This document shows positions 1 to 12,084 of a stretch of 64,000 bases of DNA, piece by piece. The DNA is from Anthoceros angustus (Eukaryota; Plantae; Anthocerotophyta): NCBI GenBank assembly GCA_010909165.1, contig MU008191.1, positions 248,001 to 312,000 on the forward strand, given 5' to 3'. Under the pieces are notes generated by a model, which was not told the origin of the DNA, made no database searches, and saw nothing but the letters and a program-made list of their open reading frames with translations. Numbering within the stretch: position 1 is the first letter of the stretch; each line of letters starts with the position of its first letter. A program made the translations under genes and the position numbers.

Positions 1-823
1 GACAACGGCCCCATTAAAAATTTCCCTGTCAGGCTCAGGCCTATAAGGAACGGATGTGCGGGCTTGGAAGGATATGTGGATGAGGCATCGTGTTTGGATA
101 CGCGGATGAGGCATCCCTTCAACGACGTTATTAGATCCAGTTCCTCCGTCTCGTCTCAGGTTCACTGAGATGATGCTGGTGACTGGCGTTGTCGTCCTCA
201 GCTGAATACCCACGGGAAAGCACAGAAGAAACATGAGCGCGTTAATTCTCGAACACCAGAGGAATGGTCGATTCGAAGCATATTGGACCAGCTTCAAGTC
301 GGTAGGCTTTCATCTTCTTTGGAGGAAATGTGAGACTGGTTACACTGTGAGGCTGATCAGTGGCTGGTAAACACCTCACGAACTGATGAATATCTTCGTT
401 GTTTAGAAATGATCTACACTTGCACTTGAGGACTTGGTTGCTCAATCCTCCTGTTACCTATCTCTGTGTTGAGCGGTTCCCGACATCGGAGGTACATTAT
501 TACAGAAGCACATGGAAAGATGTGGATCATTGATTTGCCTGCTTTGCCAAGCAAGCAGGAGAAGGAGCGCCAGCGAGGATAGAAGCAAAGCGACAAATGA
601 CACCCTTTGCATATGGCATATACTGAGTAGGAGCTATAGGTACTGTGCTTGAGATTTGTCACTAGAATCGATCAAGGTGATGAAGAGCTTAGAGCCATAT
701 GCATGGGCGGATGATGCTTCCCTCAAGTGTTAGATCTCTGTAGGAGACCAAGACAATGGCCCTTCCTGGGCTCAAGCTGGGCCTGCCTTCCTAGCCCAGG
801 ATGGAGAGCCATAGTCTTGAGGG

Positions 824-1339
824 CTATGGCCCTTCCTGGGCCTTTTTGCCAACGATCTCCGGCTTGACTCCATTGTCCTTTTGTCCGTCATCGTCTCCCT
901 CCGGCTCGTCTGCTCCGTTCTTCCTGTCATCATCGCCATCGCCCTCTGGCTCGTCTGCTCCGTTCTTTCTGTCATCATCGCCATCGCCCTCCGGCTCGTC
1001 CGCACCGTTCTTCCTGTCATCATCGCCATCGCCCTCCGGCTCGTCTGCTCCGTTCTTCCTGTCATCATCGCCATCGCCCTCCGTCTCGTCCCCTCCCTCC
1101 TTCTCTTCTCCTGCTTCGCCAGCGATTTTGGCAACAGGCTTGGGCAAGTATCCAGCTCCGAGGGGTCCCGCGTTCGCAGACGTGTGCGCCAACTCGCTTG
1201 TGCCGCCTTTGACAGCATCATGCGGCTCCGCCAGCATTTTGCGTCCCTTGTTGTCAGCGATGGCCAATTGGAGCGAAATGGAAACAAGCAGCAGCACCGC
1301 CATCGCCGCGAAGGCAGCATTGCTCATGAAGCGAGCCAT
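824..1339 (-). CDS. Secreted acidic repeat protein (gene A): signal peptide, RKML pro-region, 15-aa repeats EPEGDGDDDRKNGAD
   Basis: ORF 824..1393 with a likely start at the second Met (1339, MARFMSNAAFAAMAVLLLVSISLQLAIA, hydrophobic signal peptide). A 45-bp in-frame tandem repeat of 4-5 units lies at about 880-1090. Confidence 0.75.
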   Translation of the reverse strand: MARFMSNAAFAAMAVLLLVSISLQLAIADNKGRKMLAEPHDAVKGGTSELAHTSANAGPLGAGYLPKPVAKIAGEAGEEKEGGDETEGDGDDDRKNGADEPEGDGDDDRKNGADEPEGDGDDDRKNGADEPEGDGDDDRKNGADEPEGDDDGQKDNGVKPEIVGKKAQEGP

Positions 1340-1667
1340 GTCGACAGACTGTTGTGCAAGCTTCTGCTCCTGAGGATGCCCGAGCGCCTGCACATGTACA
1401 GCGCTCTAGACTATTGCCCGATCGTTGAAAACTGATCAAGTGCGTACCGATCCCTTGGTGGAAGCGCCTTATGTAGTCTCAAGTTCTCACTCTCAGACCG
1501 GTAGGATCCTCACACGTTCCATGCCTGCATCATCTGCACCCTGCAGGTGAGCAGGCTCGCTGCATGCTCTATGCTCTATGCAATGAGTATAAATTCCGGT
1601 ACAGGCCTACAGATTCTTGGCGCACCCTAGCGAGCAAAAGGAATAGGCTTTGTCTACGATTCTGGAC

Positions 1668-2208
1668 TGGTGCCTGATGGATCAAGGTGAGATAACATTG
1701 GCGAACTTGTGACATTATTGTCATCAGCTGAATATGTAAAAGCACAGAAGAAGCATGAGCTCGTTGATTCTTGAACAACGAAGTCACCGATTAAGTACAA
1801 TTCGTGGACGTTTGATGATATTCTTGATGTACTGGCAGCATCGTATGCTCAAGAGTCTGGAATCAGTTGAGGTGGGTCTCTCAGTTGTACATGTATGGCT
1901 CATGATGCCTTATGAGGTGTCAGTGGTAACTAATTTGGTCCAAGCTTAGAGATGAGCTTGCATCTTCAAGTGGACCAGATTCAAGTCGGTAGGCTTTCAT
2001 CTTCATGAATGCAGGAAACGTGAACCAGCTGGCCTGGCCATGGTTGCAGCAATGCAGGATGCGTGGAAACCTACATACTGTCAAATATTTCAAATATAAT
2101 GGATTCTCTTACAAATTTCTGTGCAGCAATACCATCGACAACCGGTGCTGTCAATACTATCGACAACCGGTGCTGTCAGTGTAACGTGAAGGCGATCGAT
2201 GCTGGTAC
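1668..2208. repeat. Left arm of a diverged ~550-bp inverted repeat (partner 4711-5271; partial third copy ~195-325)
   Basis: actggcagcatcgtatgctcaagagtctggaatca (~1831) and tcaagtcggtaggctttcatcttcatgaatgc (1981) are reverse complements of sequence at ~5050-5085 and ~4878-4910. Confidence 0.9.
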
Positions 2209-2228
2209 CAGTATAACTAGTTAGCTCG

Positions 2229-2695
2229 TTAGGTGATCACAGCCACCGATGGAGCCTGACAGGCTGATGACAAGAGCTTTTTTGTGCTACATGTACACCA
2301 CCGATAGTGGTCCATGCCAGCAGGAACGCCATACTGCTGATACATAGCCTGAAATGGACTAGAATGACTGCAAGCCGCGAGCAAACAGACCCATGTGACT
2401 TTGTTCGTAGCTACGACCTTCGTTCGCATGCGGTAGAAGAGTTGAAGGGCCATCTCACCATCGCCATGCTGGGCATATATATATCCACCCACCATAGCAT
2501 TCCAAGACATGAAATCCTCATCTGGAAGTTCTTTGAAGACTGCTCTTGCATCCTCCAAACTCCCCCATAGGCATTTTCCTTGTCAAGAAGAGTGTTGTCC
2601 ACAGACATGTATATCAAGGCCGCTCTACCAAATATGCATGCACTCATGAACACTCCGTTAACGGAGTTTGGTGACAGTTTAACGTTAAGCAGCAT
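2229..2695 (-). pseudogene. PLS-class PPR gene fragment
   Basis: MEDARAVFKELPDEDFMSWNAMVGGY..AQHGDGEMALQLFYRM..VTWVCLLAACSHS..MDHY are typical PLS-PPR motifs; the sequence is short and frameshifted. Confidence 0.85.
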
Positions 2696-3193
2696 ACGTA
2701 TATCCGGATGAGGTGGTTCCCAAGGATTCAGGAAAGCGTTGGGCTGACATTCACTTGAATCTGATGAAGTGCGCGCAGTTGGACTCTCGTCGTGCGACCA
2801 GAGTGCCGGTCGTCGGCGCTGCTAGGCAGCAGACGAGGAAGTCCCGGCCACGATCACTCGCTCAGCATGAACTCGTGATCAGCCTGTAAGCATGCTTGGA
2901 TGATCGGGCCCGCAACGGTAGATGATCATTGTGCTCTCCCTGAAATCGGGGAAGAGCCATTACCGTGTGCCGCGCTGCTCATCCGAAAGACCAGCCTCGG
3001 CCAGCAGTTGATTCAATGTCCTAATCCGATCCTGGCATGCTGGCGGCGCGGAATGCGTGATGATCCCGCCTCGAGGTCCTGTGCATGCATATGGTGGAGA
3101 GCTTGGGAGTACTTAAGGAGGCTCCAGCCATGGATCCGCAGGAAGGTGATCAGCTCGTCTGCTCATCTCTGGTAGTACTAGTACCAGTTTGAG

Positions 3194-4545
3194 ATGGCTC
3201 GCGATCGGACCATGGGCTTTGCCTCGTTGGTGGCATTGCTCGCTCTGCTGCTCATCTCGGTCTCACTCGACTTGGCTGGTGCTCGTCACGATGCACGAAA
3301 GACGTCGGGCCATGAGCCTCACACTCGTGGCCTGTCGTCCACTGTGAGGATCGGAACGACCCAGCTCAAGCATCCCGCGTCCGAAAAGCCAGCCCAAGCC
3401 CACGAAGTGAGCCGGACGGGCCAGGCCGGAAACACCGGGCGGCGCTTAACTTCCGACGGTCTGCCGAGCGCCGGCGATCTCGTTCCGGTGGGCGGTGATG
3501 TGCCGACCGCCAGCGATCTCGCGGCCGTCGGCGATCCCGTGCCGGTCGTCGGGGATCCCGTGCCGGTCGTCGGGGATCCCGTGCCGGTCGTCGGGGATCC
3601 CGTGCCGGTCGTCGGGGATCCCGTGCCGGTCGTCGGGGATCCCGTGCCGGTCGTCGGGGATCCGTCCGTCGTCGGCGATCCGTCCGGTCGGCGATCCGTC
3701 CGGTCGTCGGCGATCCGTCGATCGTCGGCGATCCCGTGCCGGTCGTCGGCGATCCGTCCGGCGATCCGTCCGATCGTCGGCGATCCTGCCCCGGTTGCCG
3801 GCGATCCGTCCGATCGTCGGCGATCCGTCGTCGGCGATCCGTCGGCGATCCTGCCCCGGTTGCCGGCGATCCGTCGTCGTCGGCGATCCGTCGGCGTCGG
3901 CGATCCGTCGGTCGTCGGCGATCCGTCCTTGCCGGCGATCCGTCGTCGTCGGCGATCCCGTCCGATCGTCGGCGATCCGTGCCGGTCGTCGGCGATCCGT
4001 CGGTCGTCGGCGATCTCGTTCCGGTGGGCGGTGGCTACGGTGGTGGCGGATGACGGCACCGCGATGGTGCGGTGGCGATGGAAGTGATGGCGCAATGGAG
4101 GTGGTGGCTACGGTGGTGGCGGTGGCGGATCCGAGGTGGAAGGGGCTATGGAGGAGGTGGCAACGTTGGTGGCGGTGATGATAGCAGCGCTGGTGGCAGT
4201 GGAAGTGATGGCCGCAATGGAGGTGGTGGCTACACTGGTGGTGGTAGCGCAAGTGGTGGCAGCGATGAAGGTGGTGGCTACAGTGGTGGCAGCGATGGAG
4301 GCGGTGGCTACAATGGTGGTGGCACCACTGGAGATGGTGGCCGCGGTGGAAGTGGTGGCGATGGAAGTGGTGGCATCAATGGTAGTGGTGATGGCGCAAT
4401 GGAGGTGGTGGCGGTGATGGCTATGGAAGTGGCGGCGGCCGTTGAGGTGGCCAAGGTGGTGGCTATGGAGGAGAGGCTGGGAAAGACACAACTCCAGAGG
4501 GCCACCACATACTGGGTACAACACAGAGACATTTTGAATCAATAA
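3194..4545 (+). CDS. Secreted repeat protein (gene B): signal peptide, RRLT site, (VGDPVPV)n repeats, Gly-rich GGGY tail; frameshifted as assembled
   Basis: Signal peptide MARDRTMGFASLVALLALLLISVSLDLAGA. A 21-bp repeat is clean at ~3526-3665 and degenerate to ~4020, followed by a GGGYxGG region at 4030-4480 spread over several frames. The true stop is uncertain. Confidence 0.65.
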
Positions 4546-4710
4546 TATATACAATAACCATCACTACCTCTAAGTACCAGAATCGCCCTCCTCTTTGCAT
4601 TCACGTAGACTGCACATGCATGTAGTGCAAGAAAGATCATTGGTCAGTTCATGAGGTGATTACCAGCCACTACTTAGCCTAGCAGGCTGACGACAAGGTT
4701 GTTGTACTAG

Positions 4711-5271
4711 TACCAGTATCCATCGCCTTCAAGTTGCGCTGACAGCACCGAGCTGTTGATGATAGTATTGCAAGAGAAATCTATAGGGAAATCCAGATTT
4801 GAAATGACAGTATGTAGTTTTTCACGCATCTTGCATTGCTGTCACCATAGCTAGGCCAGCTGGTTCACTATTTCTTGCATTCATGAAGATGAAAGCCTAC
4901 CGACTTGAATCTGTGGTCCAAGATTTGTTATTTTCAAGCTTCATCTCTAAGATTGGACCTAATTAGCTACCACAAACAACTCATAAGCGATCATCAGTAC
5001 ATACATACCATGTGCAACTCACACACCCACCTCACAGACCCACCTTAAGTGATTCCAGACTCTTGAGCATACGATGCTGCCAGTACATGAAGAATATCAT
5101 GAAACGTCCACGAATTGCAGGAGCAAGAATCGACCATTCTACTTAATTGGTGACTTTGGCGTTCAAGAATTCACGAGCTCATGTTTCTTCTGTGCTTTAC
5201 ATTTTCAGCTGACGACGAATCGTGTCACAAGTTCACCAACGTCATAGCACATTGATCCATCAGGCACCAGT
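4711..5271. repeat. Right arm of the ~550-bp inverted repeat
   Basis: Reverse-complement match to 1668-2208; homology stops abruptly at ...caggcaccagt (5271), where the transposon block begins. Confidence 0.9.
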
Positions 5272-5887
5272 AACACGATAATATTCATTCCGGCATAATA
5301 TACATCAAGCGGCTTTTGACGTGAATACACGCGGAACAGGCTTTTTGATGGGCATTGAAATGCCATATTTGAGCATACCTTGCAGAAGAAGGCACACAAT
5401 TAGGGTATTGTAGAGAAGTTTATATCTTTTAGCAGCCCACAGTGGTAGACGAAGCGTTCGTCCTAAAGGACGACCATTGTTTTTGATGGAAATGATGCCC
5501 ATGTTGTTAGTAATACAATAAAGTTGCAAGGGGGTTAATATACAAACCCCCTTAGAAGAGGGGTGAACCCTCTTGTCCAATTGCGCACTGGCCGAATATC
5601 CCCTATTTCAGGAGGGACATTACGAACATGACCATAGAACGTGCACATGTTGTGCGTGTTCCGGTCATGAAACCACAAAGCAGAAGGATTTGAGGTACCT
5701 ACTTATTTGCATTTTGTACACGGCTATGGACAGGGAAACGCACTATGGCACAAAACTGTTGTCCAACCGGAGTAAAAGCATACAGCATGAGCGTAATTAA
5801 AGGTGCAAATGCTCATCGCGAAAATAACAAACTACTCTCCGCCGAGCGAAGAGGAAATCGGCTCCTGCGCCGACACCGAATCCAACA

Positions 5888-6133
5888 CTACAGCAACATT
5901 AGAGACACAATCTGGGCTTTCATGCAGTCTGTGTCACTAATGCACGCTTCCTTGGCCCAAAACTGAGAGGGTCCTCGTCCATGCGGATCAAATGTAAGCT
6001 CTTGATCCTCTGCATTTGGTAACACTTCAAACCCATGAATGCGCTGGGGAATATAACCCGCGCATCTCATGTCCGCTTCGATGGCAACGCAGTTTCGACC
6101 ACAAAATAATGCAGCCAGGATAGTTGTGCCACT
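5888..6133 (-). pseudogene. C-terminal remnant of an N4/N6 (amino) DNA methyltransferase-like gene, copy 1
   Basis: My translation upstream of the listed ORF gives SGTTILAALFCGRNCVAIEADMRCAGYIPQRIHGFEVLPNAEDQELTFDPHGRG. This matches the end of SAM-binding motif I plus the GRxxxxIE motif of beta-class amino-MTases. Confidence 0.75.
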
Positions 6134-6966
6134 AACATCATAATATTTGAACCGGCGGAATATACATCAAGCGGCTTTATGCATGGATATACGCTGAACC
6201 GGGTTCTGGATGGTCACTAAATCGCTGTTCCTGCATGTAGTCATGGAGAATGTGTTCAAAATCATGGTCGAATCCACATTCCGGTTCAAAATTGCCTGGA
6301 GCACACACGCCAAAAAGGGTATGGTGGGGACATGCCAATGGGGTTTGCACTGGTCTAGCACCGATTTCAAACTCCCTTTGTGCCGAGATAATGAAACTCG
6401 ACGACAGTCTTTACATTATTCTGCCTTATAGTGAAGGGGAACGGAAGCCAGGATTTGCAACTGGTTCCCATTTATGGTAAGAAGGTATGGAAAATGAGCT
6501 GTTTATATAAGTGTACAAGGGTGTGCAAACTACACCGCACACCACCGTGGGCGCCGGCATGCCGGCGCCCATCGCATGTACACCTTGCACAGAAATCCCT
6601 TATCCATTCCCTTTGCAGCAAATATGCCCAACATGGCCTTTTAATATCCGCTGTCAGAGGAGTAATGTCTTGTCCTGTTCCATGTTCCTCTTCACCCCAG
6701 CAAAACCAGTACATGGTATACTGGCCTGGAAAAAGAGCTGCCAAGTTTCACGGGAACATTGGGTGGGCGCCACCGCTAAACGAATCCAACGAACTGAACA
6801 AAGTCATGGCAGGCCCGGTAAGAAATGAAGGGTGCCAATAGGAACGGACACAGAAAATGTTGTCGTGATGGGCTTAAGCATGCCACCACAAAGGGTGTGG
6901 AAAAAGAGTTGCGCCGTAATTTGGAAGGAGCGGACCATGAGTGGGATATATTTCGCAGCCGTTCGG

Positions 6967-9900
6967 TCATTCACTCCTCCCCGACCTGCACCGCTTGCTT
7001 TCTCCATGTGGAATAAATGCGTCATCACCATCATCCTCTCCACCGAGGGAGTGCGGGGTTGAAGATGGGGACGGAGGGCACTTAACTTCTCTTGATAGCT
7101 TTTTATCCGCCGCATGATGTTTCCTAGAAGTGAGATTGAACCCATAGTACACAATGACCGCCTTATGTACAAACAACTTCAACGCGTTGGGTGGCTTCCA
7201 TGCTTTTGCACCTTTGTTGGTAAGATGAAATTGTCTACCCTCCTCGGTCCTGACCAAGTATTCTCCGACATACTTGCCCTCGTAGGCATCGGTGTGCTCG
7301 GTTCGCCACCTGCACCAAGTATGGGTCATCGGTCGGTGCACACTCAACACCTTTGCAACCCAGAATGCCCTGTTGTGTGTGTCCCCCTCACAAGGGGTGA
7401 CAATAAACATACCTTTTTTAATCTCCGTGATGTCACCATTCATGCGCTCGACCTCTTGCTCCCGTCTCCACACTCTGGTAAGCACCCAAGTACATGTCCC
7501 GTTGAGGCACATCTCGCAATAAGGCTTCGTCCAAGATAGCCTCCTCAGGAACCTGCAGCGGTGGTACAAGTGCTTCTGCTGCAGATCTGTCATACCACTT
7601 CCACGGACTTTTCAACACAAGGCCAATGTTATTGTCCACTATAGTTGCAATCTCCTCTTGATCCTTCCAGAAGTCATTCCACCACTCCTCCTCTGCTGCG
7701 TTAACATATGTGGAAAGTTTCTGCAAACCCTTCCTTAAGTGCTCTACTCCTTCCCGTGCAGTGAGCTTTCCATCACTGCCTTTCTTGTCCTTGGCCTGTA
7801 GAGCTAGCAGGGTTGTGGGTCCTATCTCAGCATTTGGAATAAAAGACAAGAACTCCAGCCCATCTTCTGTTTCCCATAATGGTGAGGTCGAGTCTTTACT
7901 CGGATAACGGTAACTTTACCCTGCTTTTCCTCCGCGTGATTTTGAATTGGTGTTGGAATGATAGATTGTTCACTTGAACAGACTTTAAACTTCCGAGCAC
8001 CGCCTGCTTTCAACGCGCATTTAAAGAACGGAAGTCTGGAACCTCGGTCAGGACCTTCAGTTCTGGGTTTGGCGTGAACGCCTTGGTCAATATATCCTGC
8101 ATAACCGGAAGAGTTTTGGCCTCTTTGTGCTTCAAATGCTTGGAGAAACACGAGAACATTTGGTCAATCTGGTCATGTGTGTGACCGACAAGAAGGAACC
8201 CCACCTTCACTTTCTCAAATGTCCCCATCTCCACGAGCATATTCAGATAAGCAAACAGCAGTTGATTCTTGTTATCCCGACATGTGTTGTCCAGTTGCAA
8301 ATATAGAACCTTGGGAAGTAAGCCAGCATACGTATGTATCACATCTTGTATAATGCATATGGTTAAATTAGCATCGTTCCGCAAATTTGCGTAGTGCAGA
8401 TACGCCCTTGCCGTGAACGTGTGATTGTGAATCATACACCCCACCACATGGACGGTAACACGGCTATCTTCCTTTAGCTCCTTAGGCCATCTAAGTATAT
8501 GCGGTAAAGATGTTTTTTTCTGATCCATACCATCGATACATAATAACATGTACTTGTGAGGCTCGGTGTATCCTTTCGTTCGATGTTTTGTCAACTTCTT
8601 CCGCTCCTCCATAAGCTTTATGCGATGTTTGTTCAATGCCTCCTGATATATATCTGCCATACAACCAAATGTCATGTCAGTGTCCATCAAGGACATATAC
8701 CATCATTCACGACCAGCGACCCTCCCACTAACGCCTCATTTCAAATGCAATAGACGAAGGGGTCGACTCCATTATAAGGCTGGGGTCTAGGCGATTGTCC
8801 ACTGTAGGGGCAAAGGGGCACTGACCCTAACCACCCCTCGAGAGGGTCAACCCCTAAACAGCGAACCTAGGGTTCCGGCCGTTGTGTGGTCCCGGCATAT
8901 TGAGGCCCTCAATGGTCCTCAACGCTAGGGCGCCGGAAACCTGGCGCTACGGAAAATGCTGAAGGCGAAAGTGTCCAGCCGGCTCATCGCCTTCAACCCA
9001 ATATGGTGCAGCCGCGCCCAACCCCTTCCTCCTCCCCTTTCCCATCCCCTTCCACCCTTTCCACAGCCAGATGCGCCGCCTCATCTCCCCCTGCGGGCCC
9101 CGCCAATTGCGAAATGTTGCATCCATCCATGCTATAGCGCCCAATGCATGAGATGATTTCACCCTTCACCTCCTCATCTCCCCTCCCGGCGGGCAGGCAT
9201 CGGCGCACTCACTCTCCTCCATACGAGGCGCATTCTAGAGAACATGCCCGCTTCCTCGACCAAGGGCCGTCGTACCTCGACCAAGGGTCAACATCCACCA
9301 TCACAACATACCACCGTGTCATCGGATGGCCCACCTGTGTGACGCCCAACCTTGCCCCTTTATACCATGTCGGAAAACGGTGTGCAGCGATGAGCATACC
9401 TTGATCTGTCCGCGATCCAGTGCTCCGGATGTTGAACTTTAGACCGGCGCACAGAGAACATGTTGAAAATCGATTGGATTTGGGTATCTTCATGCGCTTG
9501 AAGTTCTGCTCCCATAGTCTCAGAAAGTACGCATACGAAATATACTGCAGCCCGTTTTGCTCCATGCCACATTTGTATTGTGTCCACACTTCTAGCTTGG
9601 TGAAAGTGTCAGGAAGATTGTAGACTTCAACATTAGGCGGCTCGCCAATTGCGTAAATGTTGCATCCATCCATGCTATAGCGCCTAATGCATGAGATGAT
9701 TTCACCCGGGGTTTGGCTTGCTACCATCCCATGGTGAATTCAACAAGATTTCACCCTTCACCTCCTCATACCTTTCCGACCCTATGCAATACACCCTTCA
9801 AGGATTTCGTGCAACACTTGATTGGAACCGGTGCCTTGAAAGCATGCACTGCCTTTTCCTTTCGATCCTTGGTCGCCTTACAAGGGTCTCTAAGTATGTC

Positions 9901-11732
9901 TCTGCTCGGACCTTCCCAACATAAGAAACCTTTGCCTCTCTTCTTGAAACCCTCCTCACTAACGCCTCATTTCAAATGCAATAGGCGAAGGGTCGACTCC
10001 ATTATAAGTCGGGTCTAGGCGATTGTCCTTTGTAGAGGGCAAGGACCTAACCACCTCGAGAGGGTCAACCCTAAGCGAACCTAGGGTTCCGGCCGTTGTG
10101 GTCCTGTGAGGCCCTCAATGGTCCTCAGCGCTAGGCCACTGGCGCTCGAAAATCTTGAAGGCGAAAGTGTCAGGCGTTCATCGCCTTCAACCCAATATGG
10201 TGCGGCGGCGCCAACCCCTTCCTCCTCCCCATTTCCCATCCCCTTCCACCCTTTCCAAAGGCGGCGCCTCCTCATCTCCCCTGCGGGCCCCGGCATGCAG
10301 GCGCCTTTGTCCATCCCGGGCGCCCAGCATCTGCCCTCATCTCCCCTCCCGGCGGCGCGGCATGCCATGCCCTCCTCCTCTCCTCCCCACAGGCGCATTC
10401 TAGAGAACATGCCCGCTTCCTCGACCAAGGGCCGCGTACCTCGACCAAGGGTCAACATCCACCATCACAACATACCACAGTGCGTCATCGGATGGCCCAC
10501 CTCTGACGCCCAACCTTGCCCCTTTATACCATGTCGGAAAAGCGGTGTGCGATGAGCATACCTTGATCGTCAGCGATCCGATTCGGATGTTGAACTTTAG
10601 ACCGCGCAGAGAACATGTTGAAAATCGATTGGATTTGGGTATCTTCACGCTTGAAGTTACGCTCCCATAGTCTCGTAGAAAATGCCGTCTGAATATATCA
10701 GCCGTTTTGCTCCATGCCACATTTGTATTGTGTCCACACTTCTAGCTTGGTGAAAGTGTCGGAAGATTGTAGACTTCAACATTAGGTAGCTCGCCAATTG
10801 CGAAATGTTGCATCCATCCATGCTATAGCGCCCAATGCATGAGATGATTTCACCCGGGGTTTGGCTTGCTACCATCCCATGGTGAATTCAACAGTACTCT
10901 ACCCTTCACCTCCTCATACCTTTCCGACCCTATGCAATACACCCTTACAAGGATTTCAGGCAACACTTGATTGGAACCGGTGCCTTGAAAGCATGCACTG
11001 CCTTTTCCTTTCGATCCTTGGTCGCCTTACAAGGGTCTCTAAGTATGTCTCTGCTCGGACCTTCCCAACATAAGAAACCTTTGCCTCTCTTCTTGAAACC
11101 CTCCTTGAAAGTCGTTGGATACATAGTTTGTTGCAACACGGTTTAAAATCTTGCGTAACCGTGTCCGCCGCCTTCTTCAAGGAGACACCGCTACCGCAAA
11201 CGAAACCTGGTCGCCTTACAAGGGTCTCTAAGTATGTCTCCGCTGGACCTTCCCAACATAAGAAACCTTTGCCTCTCTTCTTGGAAACCCTCCTTCGAAA
11301 GTCGTTGGATACATAGTTTGTTGCAACACGGTTTAAAATCTTGCAACCGTGTCCGCCGCCTTCTTCAAGGAGACACACTACCGCCGCAAACGAAACCTGT
11401 CGCCTCACCGCAATGTCTCCGACATTGGCTTCGGATGATACGGACGCAGAAAGTAGGAGGGGAACGGGAGGATGGGGAACGCTGCCATCGCCAAGAATAT
11501 CATGCTCCCCAATGCACCAAACACTCCACACGGAGCAGACCTCGCATGGCACGCTCATTTCGACTTGGTGCGCCATCGTCTCGGGGCTAAGTTCCATAGC
11601 CGCATAGTCACAGTTCCGGCGTCGGTGGCACATAGGGAGGCACGGAATGGTTATGAGTCCTTCGCCATCCCGAGCACATACAATTTTCACGAGAACAAGG
11701 TGAAGCACATCGTCATCCACAACGATTACCAC
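6967..11732 (-). pseudogene. DUF7869/Sola1-like DDE transposase, fragmented, with a C-terminal BAH/Tudor-like beta domain
   Basis: Core 8010..8696: CIDGMDQKKT..LYLQLDNTCRDNKN..GFLLVGHTHDQIDQMFS. N-terminal pieces: PCCNKLC (~11130, 11310) and LPDTFTKLEVW..FLRLWEQNFKRMKIPKSNRFSTCSLC (9209..9727). C-terminus: GMFIV..AFWVAKV..W.RTEHTDAYEGKY (6967..7593). The superfamily name comes from motif recall. Confidence 0.8.
8720..11105. repeat. Tandem duplication of ~1.2 kb inside the transposase (8720-9955 / 9955-11105)
   Basis: cactaacgcctcatttcaaatgcaatag occurs at ~8726 and ~9957, and ttggcttgctaccatcccatggtgaattcaaca at 9713 and 10861. The copies differ by many 1-3 bp indels. Confidence 0.9.
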
Positions 11733-12084
11733 TCACTGGCCATCCGCTTGCCTCGGTAAGCCGAGGTAAAAGGCACGCCGCAAATAAATAAAGGGAAAAC
11801 AAACATGTCGCCATAGATGGTGCCGACATCGCTCATCCTATTTAACCCTTGCCCTGATTTTTTGTAAGCCAATTTTCCTTTTAAAACGGGCGTTCACTCG
11901 GCCGCGTTCATCCGGCGTGATTGCGCTCCACCTGCGAAACCAGGGAAGGCCTCTGAATTGCACTCCTCCAAGCCGCCAGGTGGAGTGGAGGCCATTGCGT
12001 GTGGCGCGGCTTCGGATGGCGGCCGGCGCACAATCCGTGTCGTTGTAGGAAGGAGTCCGTTCCCCGAGGGAATGGTCTCGTGCT

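Noticed and set aside
772-4554. Alternative-frame ORFs over genes A and B (Ser/Pro-, Arg- or Thr-rich)
   Set aside because: They are by-products of stop-free GC-rich tandem repeats; only the frames with signal peptides are credible.
5255-5310. Helitron 3' end (CTGG|T on the minus strand)
   Set aside because: There is no upstream hairpin, the related terminus at ~6131 lacks CTRR, and no Rep/helicase sequence is present.
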